From IMG/VR virus record IMGVR_UViG_3300041964_000099, positions 32,001 to 96,000 of that record: a DNA stretch of 64,000 bases; one strand, 5' to 3'. This stretch comes from a virus. The translations under genes and the position numbers were made by a program. Below, in pieces: positions 54,097 through 63,510 of the stretch. The notes under the pieces are model-generated. The model made no database searches, was not told the origin of the DNA, and was given only the letters and a program-made list of their open reading frames with translations. Position 1 is the first letter of the stretch; every line of letters begins with the position of its first letter.

Positions 54097-57072
54097 TTAA
54101 TTGCCCTCCGCAGGCGGATTGTCCTTGTTCTTCCGCTGCTGCTCCTGATGCTTTTTGTATGCCGCTCTAAATGCTGCACTGGCCTGCTGTGCTTGACGTG
54201 GAACCAGCGATCGCCGCTTGTCTGCCTTCAGTACCTTGATGTACTTCTCCATCAGTTCATCCTGCTCAGCGATGCTCAGCGAAACAAAATGCTCTGCATG
54301 ATTGCGCGGGTCGCGATCGTCAGCAGGATTTGGCTTGGGATACTTGAGAGGGCGACCCTGAGCTGAGCGGCCTTTTGTGGTTTGAGAAACAACCTTGCGG
54401 TTCAGTTCGTTGGCCTGGAAGCTGCGCTGAAGCTGATCTACAACATCACCCGATTTGAGGTAAGACTCGATCGAATGCGAATCGACATCGCCGCCAGGGG
54501 TCGTTTTGCCCTCGCTGCGCTGGAATGGCAATCGCGAGAAAGGATCGCGATCGCCCATCACGTTCACCTCATTGATTTGCTTGGAATACAGCCCAAATCC
54601 CGGTGTACCCAAGGTTGCAAGCTGCACTCGCTTAGCAATTTGCGGGCCATTCGGCTTCATCTGCATCAAAATCTCAACCGCATCTCGCGCTACGATGCCA
54701 CCCGTGTCATAGGCCACGATGTTGATCGGCAGATGGGATGCTTTTGAGCCGGTGGGTGTGCCTTGCCGATGAACGCGATCGCCATAGGCGTACAGTTGTG
54801 CGGCCAGCCGTGTCGAATCGTTATTCTTGCCGCCAGTCAGCGCACTCTTGAGCGTGCTGCCAAACCCTTTGCCGAGATGGTGGCCGAGATATTCTGGCGA
54901 ATTCACGTCTTTAGTTTCGGCAGGCCCAGCCCGATCAACCACCTCAAATGGAACTGCATAGTTGCTCGTGGTCATCCAGCCGCGATCGCCTTTTGCTTCA
55001 CGATTGCTGGCAGCTTGCAGCCCTTGAGCCAGTTCTGCACTAGAAACACCTGTACCGCCCACAGTGAACAGCAAATTAGAACGGGTCACGTTAGGCACTG
55101 TTGCGGCAATCGCATCAGATTGCCGTATTGCTTCACGAGCAGCGATCGGAAGGTTGCGGGTTCGCTCATTACTCAAAACTTTGTAGGTCGCTTTGGTCAC
55201 TCCCATTGCCAATGCGCCGCCTACAAGCGATGCTGACAGCGGATCGTCTTGGGCTAGCTCGCGAATCTTGCTGGCCTGACCCCAAAGCTGGCTGGCACTT
55301 TTCAGCCCTGCTGTTTTCAGCGCCATTCCGATCGCCCGATTGCGAGTTGTCCGCTGCTTGGCCTGACGCTCTGAGCCGCTGAGACTGGAGGTGTAATAGC
55401 CGAAAGCCGTTCGCAGCCGCTCGCGCACGCCACCATCTTTCAAATAATCATCAACTTCATGCCCCGGCACAGTCGAAACCCAGCTTGCAAGGCGTTTTGG
55501 CAGTGCAGAGAAAGGATCTTGTGAAGAAGTCAGCGTTTGGTTGCGCATCGTGCGCCACAGCCGATCGTTTGCAAAGCCAAAGTTTGCTGACCCCATTCGC
55601 ACCAGGTTGATGCGGTCGAGCATGTCTTTGCCCTTCACCCCTTTGCCGTCTTGCGACTTCATCCGCGACAAAATCTCGATCGCTTCGTCAGTAACATTGC
55701 CTCCCGCGCCGTGAGCCAGCAAGTTCAAGTTGGCCTCTTTGTAGCGACGGCCATGAGCGTAGAGCGATGCCGCCAAATCAACCGCAGCATCGTTGCGCCC
55801 ACGCTGCAAATTCTGCAAGTAGCGACCCATTCCCTGCCTTGCGACATGGCCCAGGTAAGCCGGATTGTATGAGCCATTTGCCAAGCGAGGACTGGCCGCC
55901 GTTGGCTCGATATCAAACTCCTTCGACTGCACCGGAATGACGTGCTGAGTCTTGGCAAACCAGCGCTCTTGCGGGCTACCGTCCTGTGGCGTCATCAAAT
56001 CACGAATCCGCTCACTTCGCGATCCGGTGCTGGCAAAACCGCCTACGGTAAATAGCAAATCTGGCTTGTTCGTGCGCTCGATCGGGTGTGACTCAGCCCG
56101 CTGCATCGCCATCTGCGCCGACTCGTTTAGCCCTTCCTTATATTTGGTTCGCATCTCCTGATAGCTGCGGGTGGAAATGCCTGCCAGCAGTGCAACCGTT
56201 AAAATGCTTGCCGTCTGAGGGCTAGTTTTGGTGAGTCGGCCAATCTTCTCAATCTGGCCCCAAATCGAACCAGGGTTGAGACTGCTGCCGCTGGCTTTGC
56301 CGCCTTTAAGTACCTGTGTTGCCGTGGATAAAGCCTTTTGAGCCGATCGCCGCTGTTCCCTCTGCTTCTCCAGCGTTTTGCGCAGCCGCTCCTGACTTTC
56401 AGGATCTCTGTCCAGCGTGCGCAACGTTTCTCGCAACGATTCAGCCTTGAAGTGATTGGCTAGATAAACGCCGCGATCGCGAGCTTCTTGCTGAAGCTGC
56501 CGAATGGTCTGCGTACTGTAGCGATCAGAGTTTCCTGACTGGCTGGCCGTATGCAGTTGAGCCGTCAGCTTTTCAATTTCAGCGTGTTCCGTCGCCGAGG
56601 ACACTTTAGAGAGATTTAACTGGCAGTTATCAGTCGGCTCAATGCAGCCCATCCCGCATGGCAGACCGTTCTTGCACTGATTCGGCTTGCGGCGATCGCG
56701 GCCCCGATCGAGTCGTAGCCGCTCATGCAGCACCGAAGCCAAATACTCAGGACTGGCATCTAGCCGCACATTCAGCGAATCCAGTAGCGGTGCAAACTCA
56801 TCTATGTTGTCGGCAATCCAGCTATCGCGCCGCGCCTGTTCGACAAATTTGTATTGCAGCTTGTCAGTTTCAAGGTTGGCCGTGAAATCCAGCAGCTTCG
56901 TGCCATCGCGAAATATGCCCTCAATCAGCGATGGCTTTGGTACATCCAAATCTAAGATTGCCACCTTCCTGCCGTAGACTCGCTCTAACATCGAATCAAG
57001 TAGCCGAGCAAGCTGACCCTTCAAAGCAGCTAGCTTAGAGGCCGCAGGAATTTTCAAGGCAGAGACAGACAT
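54097..57072 (-). CDS. Large multidomain protein: Cys motif, Rho-N/HeH-like domain and two degenerate alpha/beta-hydrolase repeats
   Basis: Likely start MSVSALK (57072); CKNGLPCGMGCIEPTDNC; TIRQLQQEARDRGV; two ~330-aa repeats with LLFTVGG, elbow-like AHGAGG/AYDTGG, MGS/LGT, DPFS, and HEVDDYL/HSIESYL. Confidence 0.6.
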   Translation of the reverse strand: MSVSALKIPAASKLAALKGQLARLLDSMLERVYGRKVAILDLDVPKPSLIEGIFRDGTKLLDFTANLETDKLQYKFVEQARRDSWIADNIDEFAPLLDSLNVRLDASPEYLASVLHERLRLDRGRDRRKPNQCKNGLPCGMGCIEPTDNCQLNLSKVSSATEHAEIEKLTAQLHTASQSGNSDRYSTQTIRQLQQEARDRGVYLANHFKAESLRETLRTLDRDPESQERLRKTLEKQREQRRSAQKALSTATQVLKGGKASGSSLNPGSIWGQIEKIGRLTKTSPQTASILTVALLAGISTRSYQEMRTKYKEGLNESAQMAMQRAESHPIERTNKPDLLFTVGGFASTGSRSERIRDLMTPQDGSPQERWFAKTQHVIPVQSKEFDIEPTAASPRLANGSYNPAYLGHVARQGMGRYLQNLQRGRNDAAVDLAASLYAHGRRYKEANLNLLAHGAGGNVTDEAIEILSRMKSQDGKGVKGKDMLDRINLVRMGSANFGFANDRLWRTMRNQTLTSSQDPFSALPKRLASWVSTVPGHEVDDYLKDGGVRERLRTAFGYYTSSLSGSERQAKQRTTRNRAIGMALKTAGLKSASQLWGQASKIRELAQDDPLSASLVGGALAMGVTKATYKVLSNERTRNLPIAAREAIRQSDAIAATVPNVTRSNLLFTVGGTGVSSAELAQGLQAASNREAKGDRGWMTTSNYAVPFEVVDRAGPAETKDVNSPEYLGHHLGKGFGSTLKSALTGGKNNDSTRLAAQLYAYGDRVHRQGTPTGSKASHLPINIVAYDTGGIVARDAVEILMQMKPNGPQIAKRVQLATLGTPGFGLYSKQINEVNVMGDRDPFSRLPFQRSEGKTTPGGDVDSHSIESYLKSGDVVDQLQRSFQANELNRKVVSQTTKGRSAQGRPLKYPKPNPADDRDPRNHAEHFVSLSIAEQDELMEKYIKVLKADKRRSLVPRQAQQASAAFRAAYKKHQEQQRKNKDNPPAEGN

Positions 57073-57194
57073 AAAGATGAAGGGATCAAGTGCTGCGTTT
57101 AGCGTTCCCAATCCCGCTATGGCTCTCGCTGCGGTAAGTGTCAAGGCAGGCTGGGCACTCTGAAAACAACGTTTACCACTCTCTCCCTCCCCCA

Positions 57195-57821
57195 ATGGCT
57201 GCTCCCACCTCTGTTACGCTCACGATTGCGGGTCGCTCTTACGCTGGCTTAGTCAGTGATATGGATGCTCTATTCATGACCGGCTTGTTGCTGCCAAACC
57301 TATTTGAAATTCAGGAGCAAGAAGCTGGCCTGCAAGCAGCTTTTCAAAGCTTCAAATCCGAACATGCTGCACTGCTTGAATCTGCCACCACTGACGATGA
57401 GCGCGATTCCCTGGTTAAAGACCTGTTTGAAACTTGGGGTGAGCGGCTGCTAATTCGCCTCACTTCTAACCTGGCAATTCGGGCAAGCTTTGCTCAGCGG
57501 ACTGAAGAAATCTTTCCAGACATCGATCCGACCCTAGTTGCTTACAAGCACTGGGTTGATCGCGACGGCAATCATCACGATCGCTCGCGAATTCGGCTAT
57601 CGCTTGAAGACGCGATGGAAATTGTCAAAACAGTAATTGAAGCTGAAACTTCACAACTCAAAGCTTCCACGACTCCGGCCCGTGCTACCGATCGCCCTAA
57701 GCCTGAAGGTTTTGGTAAACCAGTCACTAAAAAGTCTGGTCAATCCGCTCAGATTGCTGCACTTGAGCGCCAAATCGCCGACTTGAGAGCAGCCGATTCC
57801 GAAACACTTGCTACTGTCTAA
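57195..57821 (+). CDS. Hypothetical protein (tail assembly chaperone-like size and position, but on the opposite strand)
   Basis: In-frame ATG at 57195; helical, with C-terminal PEGFGKP and a coiled coil. Confidence 0.6.
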   Translation: MAAPTSVTLTIAGRSYAGLVSDMDALFMTGLLLPNLFEIQEQEAGLQAAFQSFKSEHAALLESATTDDERDSLVKDLFETWGERLLIRLTSNLAIRASFAQRTEEIFPDIDPTLVAYKHWVDRDGNHHDRSRIRLSLEDAMEIVKTVIEAETSQLKASTTPARATDRPKPEGFGKPVTKKSGQSAQIAALERQIADLRAADSETLATV

Positions 57822-57850
57822 TTCCACCTCTACCTGAACGTCCTGCCACC

Positions 57851-58847
57851 ATGTTTTTATCTCTTCGCGATCACGCCGAACTTGCCAGACTTCGGCTGAG
57901 AAAATTAAAGCACTTCTATCCAGAGCTGTCCTGTTTCACTGTGGCACTTTGCGGCGAAGAGTTTAGACTGGTGGCTCATACCTTTGAGCAAGTTGAATGG
58001 TTTGACAGCGTTCGCTCAGAATTTCTTAAGGATGCCTGGATTAAGGGCGGCATCAAAGTCATCAGTCTTTATTGCAGAACCGTGCTTGTAGATCTCATTT
58101 CAGTATTTTCACCCGTAGAATTGAAAGATAGTTCTTTGAGTGATGAAGCAATGACTACGGCAGAAGCAGCAACGATTCAAACTGACATCCAAACTGGTTT
58201 GGGAAATTCAGACGTTTCTCAGCCAGTCACGCTCGTGCCACTTGCAACGCTGGCAGAACGGGCAAACATCTCCATCGATCAGCTTCTCCCGATGGTGGGC
58301 AACCAGATCTTTGCCGGCTGGCGACCAATCCTACATCACCAGTGATGCCGCTAAAACGCTGGCTCAATCGATCGCCGAGCAAGATGTTGCTCGGTATCAG
58401 GAAGAAAGAATTAGCTACCTGCTGGGTGCAATTGAACCTGCGTCAATGTCTCAGACTGCTGCTGCAACTGAAACTGGAAATGGCAATGGTGCTGTAGCAA
58501 CAGAAAAAGCTTCGCGAAAAGCACGCGGCCCACAGGCGCGGCGCTTCAAAAGTGAAGCCTTTTCCGTTGCCAGAAAAGGTGACGGTGCTATCAAGCCAAC
58601 CGAAACCTTGAACAATTTGCTGACGGCTCTGAACGTTACTGATGAAACCAGCCGCGTCAGCATTTTGCAAGATATTGCCGCTCAGAACGAACACGGCAAA
58701 AAGTACGTCAGGGATCTCCGAGCAGGCTTAACCGCTGCCGGTATTACTGAGGACGAAGAACTAAACACGCTCTCGCAGCGCATTATTAGAACGGCTGGGG
58801 TTCAGTACCGCAGATTGCTCAGCGATCAAGGCGAACCTGCCGAGTAA
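57851..58847 (+). CDS. Hypothetical protein with HTH-like segment, split by one extra base near 58312-58320
   Basis: ORF 57851-58345 (..LATLAERANISIDQLL..GNQIF) continues in the +1 frame as AGDQSYITSDAAK.. to 58847. Confidence 0.5.
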
Positions 58848-58862
58848 CAAGTAGCTTTCAAC

Positions 58863-58897
58863 AAAAAGCCGATCGCTTTAAGGGCGATCGGCTTTTT
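58863..58897. terminator. Bidirectional intrinsic terminator
   Basis: AAAAAGCCGATCGC-TTTAAGG-GCGATCGGCTTTTT between convergent genes. Confidence 0.8.
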
Positions 58898-58951
58898 AAT
58901 TGGGTGTGTGCGACCTATTGGCAGCGATGTTTTATTCTGCCTCAGTTGGCC

Positions 58952-59383
58952 TTAAAACACCAGTGTCAAATTGCTATTTGGCAAAGCCCGAACGGGTAGC
59001 CGGAACTCGATCGCCCAAATGTTGAGACGATCGATTTGCTCGCTGTTAAATCGGCTGCTCAAGCCCAATATCGTTTGATTCCAATAGTTCAGAAGCCGGA
59101 CAGCATCGATACTGTCCGTCGATCTCTTACCAAACTCAACAGCAAGCCAGGTCAAAACAGGCGATCGACTTGACATCATTAGCATTGCGATGTCGCTGAT
59201 TTCAAAGCGTGTAAAAAAACCGTTCCAGTCGGGCGGAGTGAACGCTACAGGATTTAGAAACGCTTGTACCTGTGGATCGTCTTCTGTGGCGACTTCCCAA
59301 AGCTCCGTCTCTGCGGTCGGAGGTGCTTCGGAAGCATAGCCTGTAATCTTGCCGCTCGCATCTCTGCGCACATATGGCTTCAT
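58952..59383 (-). CDS. Tail fibre assembly chaperone-like protein
   Basis: MKPYVRRDASGKITG..EDDPQVQAFL.P..PDW..F pattern; ATGA coupling to a fibre-like gene. Confidence 0.55.
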   Translation of the reverse strand: MKPYVRRDASGKITGYASEAPPTAETELWEVATEDDPQVQAFLNPVAFTPPDWNGFFTRFEISDIAMLMMSSRSPVLTWLAVEFGKRSTDSIDAVRLLNYWNQTILGLSSRFNSEQIDRLNIWAIEFRLPVRALPNSNLTLVF

Positions 59384-60147
59384 CCCCACTCCCCTCTACC
59401 GTGAATGTATCCCTGACAGTAGACAGCCGTTGTAGCGTTGGCTGATGAAACAAAGAAGCGTACCTGCCGATTGACATCGGTCAGAACTTCGATCGGTGTC
59501 CGCACCAGTTGGTTCGCATTGCTTCGACCTTTGGCAACGGCAGCGGCAGCTTCGGGAGATCCTGTGTACACATCGATCGCTGCCGTAGCGTGAACGTGAT
59601 CCATGATGAAAATTGCCCGCACCCGAATACTGTTAGGCACGGTGAGGGTGATTAAATTTGCGGTGTCAATGGATGCGTTGCTGGTGTTGTAGTTTAGATG
59701 TGAAGTGGAGAAGTTAAACTCGTTCCCATGCTGAATAAACGGCCAGAACTCCGAAGAACTGTTGGTAATCAGTGACCCGATAATTCTCGCGCTCCATCCG
59801 CTCGGAGCATTTGATCCGGCAGGGTTCGCATCAAACCCAAAATCAACCGCTCCGGTCGTCAGATTGCAAATGATAAAAGCGTGGTAGGTGCTTGAGGAGT
59901 TTCGCGTATTGTTTGCAAACAGGCCACCATTTCCATCGCCCGCAGCCCAAGCCAAATCGAGCCGCTTCATCATGGTCGAAGTGTTGACCGCAATAACTCT
60001 GCCAGTCGGAGTGATAACAACAGCTCGCCCTGCTGTGAAACTGATTCCGACTGTCGGAACGGCAGGGCTGCGGATCAGTCTCAATCCTTCCGGCGAGCCG
60101 ATCGGAATTGATAGTAAACTGCGGTTGATTGCATTCTGAACTGGCAT
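59380..60147 (-). CDS. Tail fibre-associated structural protein
   Basis: KRLDLAWAAGDGNGG..STYH.F..DFGF..P.GW..IGS...FIQ pattern that I recall from phage fibre modules. Confidence 0.6.
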   Translation of the reverse strand: MPVQNAINRSLLSIPIGSPEGLRLIRSPAVPTVGISFTAGRAVVITPTGRVIAVNTSTMMKRLDLAWAAGDGNGGLFANNTRNSSSTYHAFIICNLTTGAVDFGFDANPAGSNAPSGWSARIIGSLITNSSSEFWPFIQHGNEFNFSTSHLNYNTSNASIDTANLITLTVPNSIRVRAIFIMDHVHATAAIDVYTGSPEAAAAVAKGRSNANQLVRTPIEVLTDVNRQVRFFVSSANATTAVYCQGYIHGRGEWG

Positions 60148-60157
60148 TTTACGTCGA

Positions 60158-61237
60158 TTACACTACGTCGATATTTCCGATCGCGCTAACCACTTGCCAC
60201 GTGGTATTAGCGACAATGCAAATCAGCTCAACGCAGTCGCGGAAGTGCGTCGAGTCCAGTCTACCCCCCGTGCCTACGGTCGAAACAGTGTCACCAAAAA
60301 ACACCTGCTGACCAGCATTCTGCGCAATCCGCCAGCCGCCTGCGCCCTGACCTGTAACGCGAATTATTGTATCGACTGCCGCAGTCGAGGGTAGCGTCAG
60401 CGTCACTAGAGCTGCGTTATTGGCGCGATAGCCAGTGTTCACAGCGATCGCCTGAGTTGTGCCCGTTACTGCGATAAATGACAGTGCGATGAAAGGCAGC
60501 GGTTGCCAGCTTTGATCGCCGCGCAAAAAGCTGCCGCTGTTGGCTGTGCCGCTGCCTAATCGAGCCGTGGCGATCGTGCCAGAGACGATATCAGAAGCGG
60601 TGATCGTCGTGTCGCCGATCGAAACCCAGTTTGAATCAGTTGAGGCAGGCAGCGCTGACAAGATGAAGGACAGTCCCACATCGGTTTGCTTGGCGACATC
60701 CCCCACCTGCACGTTATTCAGCGCAAGCCGCGCCGCTTGATCCGCGACAACTTGAATAGAGGTGATCGCGATCGATGGGATGACCGCAACGGCAAGCTGA
60801 CCGTTACTGTCCAGCACGGGCACGTTTCCGGCTGCCGTACCCGTGTTCACCGTTGCTGCTGTGCCTAATCCCAGCAGCGATCGCCCTGTCGTGGCGTCCA
60901 GCTCCTCAATTACTCCGGCTCCAGCACTGTTGCGTCCAAGCAATCGCCCAGTTGCCGAAACGTTCTGAATTTTGGCGTAGGTGACGGCATTCAGGGCGAT
61001 CGTCGGATTCGGGTAGCTGCCCGTCAAGTCGCCGCCTGCGTTGCCAGTCGGCGGCACGCCCGTTACCCAGGCAGGCAAGCCGCCAGTAATCCCTAAAATG
61101 CTGCCAGCCGCACCGATTGCCAGCCGTGTTAGAAATCCATTGCTATCGCGGTAGTAGATATCGCCGGTGGCATCACTGCCGATTATCGTTTCGATCTGGC
61201 CGCGTAACTGGTTGTTGTAAGAATTAGCAATTACCAC
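60158..61237 (-). CDS. Tail fibre-like protein
   Basis: GDIYYRD, GGDLTGSYPNP, AVTYAKIQ, QAARLAL..GDVA, and a C-terminal TLTLP..GWRIAQN domain; the GTG at 61237 overlaps the upstream stop. Confidence 0.7.
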   Translation of the reverse strand: MVIANSYNNQLRGQIETIIGSDATGDIYYRDSNGFLTRLAIGAAGSILGITGGLPAWVTGVPPTGNAGGDLTGSYPNPTIALNAVTYAKIQNVSATGRLLGRNSAGAGVIEELDATTGRSLLGLGTAATVNTGTAAGNVPVLDSNGQLAVAVIPSIAITSIQVVADQAARLALNNVQVGDVAKQTDVGLSFILSALPASTDSNWVSIGDTTITASDIVSGTIATARLGSGTANSGSFLRGDQSWQPLPFIALSFIAVTGTTQAIAVNTGYRANNAALVTLTLPSTAAVDTIIRVTGQGAGGWRIAQNAGQQVFFGDTVSTVGTGGRLDSTHFRDCVELICIVANTTWQVVSAIGNIDVV

Positions 61238-61647
61238 AGGTCTAAGTGTCCCAAAATAATAGTGGCCTGCCAAAGCAATGCGCTCAGCGCCACAATTTCA
61301 ACTTGTGCGCTCGGATCGATCGACTCTGCTCTGCCGGTGATGCCGATTGTTGTCGTCACACTTCCTGCTCGAAGCTGTTGATTCGGATTTTGAGTGATTC
61401 GCCAGTTGCCTACGCCCTGGCCGACTAGAAGAATGCGATCGCCAATTTGAGCAGTAATTGGCAAATTGAGCAGCAACAATGTTGGTGAATTTAGAACGTA
61501 GGCATGGTTGACTTGCATTTGATGAGATGCGTTCAGCGACTGCCAGTTAAGGTTGCTGCTGCTCGGTACTATCAACTGCTCGACTGGGATCAAGTGTTGC
61601 CGCCCGTCGATGCGTACAACAAATCTTCTATCAGGGCTGTTAGTCAT
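61231..61647 (-). CDS. Stand-alone paralog of the fibre C-terminal domain
   Basis: LNLPITAQIGDRI..GQGVGNWRITQN..Q..G matches the C-terminus of 60158-61237. Confidence 0.65.
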   Translation of the reverse strand: MTNSPDRRFVVRIDGRQHLIPVEQLIVPSSSNLNWQSLNASHQMQVNHAYVLNSPTLLLLNLPITAQIGDRILLVGQGVGNWRITQNPNQQLRAGSVTTTIGITGRAESIDPSAQVEIVALSALLWQATIILGHLDLW

Positions 61648-62512
61648 AAATAGACACCTCCTGAAGGCTAAAATCCAATAGTTGCGGCGTAATCACCTGA
61701 GCAACTTCTTGTAGGAAACCTGTCAGTGGTGGCGTCTGAGTCAAGACCCCATTCACCCCTAGAAAAACTGGCTGATTTGGCAACCAGTTCCACTCAGGCA
61801 ACGTAATTGGCCCGTGAGTATGAACTTGATTGGTGGTTTGCCCTTGAATCACTGAGGCTGTAAGCAGGCCCAGTACCGAATAGGCATGGTTGAGATTGCT
61901 GCTATCGGCATAAACAAGCTGATAGTCCTCAACAGCAACCATTCGGCCAGCTTCGATCGTCTGAGCCGCGCGAATCGGTTCAGAAATTGTGCCTGTCATT
62001 TCTGAAGGGATTGGCCCAGAAACAACATCGACCGATCGCATCAGTGTTGACCGGACAATCAACTCTGCGGCCTCTGCCAGAAAAACTGAAGCAAAAGCAA
62101 AATCGTAGACAAGCAGCCAGTCGTTATTTTCAACTTCTGCAATGGTGATCTTGCCTGTTGCTTTAATCTCGCGAATGTCTTCATCTAGGCATTCTGGATT
62201 AGCCTGCAAATGCTGCAACATGCGCAGCATTAAGGTCTCAGCTTGGGCTTTAGGCAAATCAGTGTAGCTCTTGCTGCGATCAAAGCGGTACATCACTTTA
62301 TAAGCAAGCCGCATCTGCACCCAAGAAATATCACCAACTCCATCGGCCAATTCAACGATCGCAATATTGTCCGTCACCGGATCTTCACGAGCAATGGAAG
62401 GAGGCTGATTGACATCTTCCACATTGGCCGGAAAATTAAGGCCCCAGTCATTAATTCGCAAATTTTTGGCGAGATATGCCTTATAACGAATGCGAAGTGT
62501 TTCAGGGGTCAT
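61640..62512 (-). CDS. Head-tail/tail-completion-like protein fused to a cement/fibre-like domain
   Basis: N-terminal ~150 aa sit in tail-terminator position; C-terminal AAQTIEAGRMVA..YAD..VLGL..W..PVFLG.NG.LT.T.P domain. Confidence 0.5.
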   Translation of the reverse strand: MTPETLRIRYKAYLAKNLRINDWGLNFPANVEDVNQPPSIAREDPVTDNIAIVELADGVGDISWVQMRLAYKVMYRFDRSKSYTDLPKAQAETLMLRMLQHLQANPECLDEDIREIKATGKITIAEVENNDWLLVYDFAFASVFLAEAAELIVRSTLMRSVDVVSGPIPSEMTGTISEPIRAAQTIEAGRMVAVEDYQLVYADSSNLNHAYSVLGLLTASVIQGQTTNQVHTHGPITLPEWNWLPNQPVFLGVNGVLTQTPPLTGFLQEVAQVITPQLLDFSLQEVSIYD

Positions 62513-62518
62513 GGTTTC

Positions 62519-62953
62519 CTATTGATTGCGATGGTCGCCCTTACGTCGCAAAATTAATGTCCAAGTCAGCGTTTCTTCTGTGATGCTGATGAAATCGCAC
62601 TCGATACCACTGATAACAACGCTGCGATCGGCGTTGAGAACGCCATCAACAAAGTAAGTAATTCCGGTATCCACAAGCTGATCGCGAGTTAAAAACCGGG
62701 AAATACCTCGAAGCTGAAAGTCGTCTACTTCCAACACGATGTTGGAATTTTGAAACGCTGCGCTTAAACGAGGTGAAACCGTTTCAATTTGCGCGGCCAC
62801 AGTCGTGAATTGCGTCACAAAAACCGAGCTGCCGATCGGCCTAACTCGGTGCTGCAAAATCAAATTGCGAGCGGTGTGAACTCCAAAATCTTGACTGAGC
62901 GGCGGCATACTATCTCGCAATGCCACCATTTGCCGTAGAAAATCTGAATTCAT
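62519..62953 (-). CDS. Head-closure/head-tail joining protein
   Basis: 144 aa, directly after the DUF4054-like adaptor; assigned by synteny. Confidence 0.5.
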   Translation of the reverse strand: MNSDFLRQMVALRDSMPPLSQDFGVHTARNLILQHRVRPIGSSVFVTQFTTVAAQIETVSPRLSAAFQNSNIVLEVDDFQLRGISRFLTRDQLVDTGITYFVDGVLNADRSVVISGIECDFISITEETLTWTLILRRKGDHRNQ

Positions 62954-63285
62954 AAAGTGAATCCTGTCGTAGTCGGCAAGGAATCCCTCAGCGCTCTATA
63001 TTCCTGGCCGTAAATGGTGCGATCGAAATAGTCTACCTGCGAAAGTGAAGAAGCAACCTGCCCTTTGGCGATCGCCGTGGCTCGACTGACGGTTTCAGTG
63101 GTCTGCTGCCACTCACACTCTAGGAGGTGAGCCGCATACAAAATTACGCCTTCTTCCTGTTCGTCTTCCCAGACCGTTAGCGGGCACTGCCGCTCGCCGC
63201 GATCGAGAGCGCGACGAACGGCAGCGGGTGCAACCGTGGCAAAGCGAGGATATAGCTCTAAAAATTGCTCCTCACTAATCAGCAT
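62950..63285 (-). CDS. DUF4054-like head-tail adaptor
   Basis: FLELYPRF..V...V.LYAAHLL...T.YGQEY..LR pattern. Confidence 0.7.
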   Translation of the reverse strand: MLISEEQFLELYPRFATVAPAAVRRALDRGERQCPLTVWEDEQEEGVILYAAHLLECEWQQTTETVSRATAIAKGQVASSLSQVDYFDRTIYGQEYRALRDSLPTTTGFTL

Positions 63286-63508
63286 TTTCCGCGCGAGCCG
63301 CCGTCCCTAACTTTTTGAGCATAGGCCGCAGCTTATCAGCCACGCGATCAGCGATGCGCTCAACGTCTTCATCAGACAATTTGAATTCGGGAGCTTCGCC
63401 GACAACCAATTCAGCCGAGTTTGGCATCAAGCGTTCAACAATTTTATCGACCATTTCTTGCTGTGCATCGTTGGACTCAGCAGCAAGTTCGTTGGCATTT
63501 CTAAGCAT
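63275..63508 (-). CDS. Small hypothetical virion-module protein
   Basis: LSDEDVERIADRVADKL helix; coupled gene. Confidence 0.5.
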   Translation of the reverse strand: MLRNANELAAESNDAQQEMVDKIVERLMPNSAELVVGEAPEFKLSDEDVERIADRVADKLRPMLKKLGTAARAENAD

Positions 63509-63510
63509 GA

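Noticed and set aside
46583-54179. Many + strand and alternate-frame ORFs inside the tape measure gene
   Set aside because: Shadow ORFs fully overlapping a 2540-aa gene, with no RBS or domain evidence.
57073-57195. TTG-started N-terminal extension of the 1032-aa ORF
   Set aside because: It would leave no room for divergent promoters and reads as non-protein-like; the ATG at 57072 is preferred.
58290-58345. Programmed tail-chaperone (G/G-T type) -1 frameshift
   Set aside because: The required shift is +1, there is no XXXYYYZ slippery heptamer, and the genes are on the strand opposite the tape measure.
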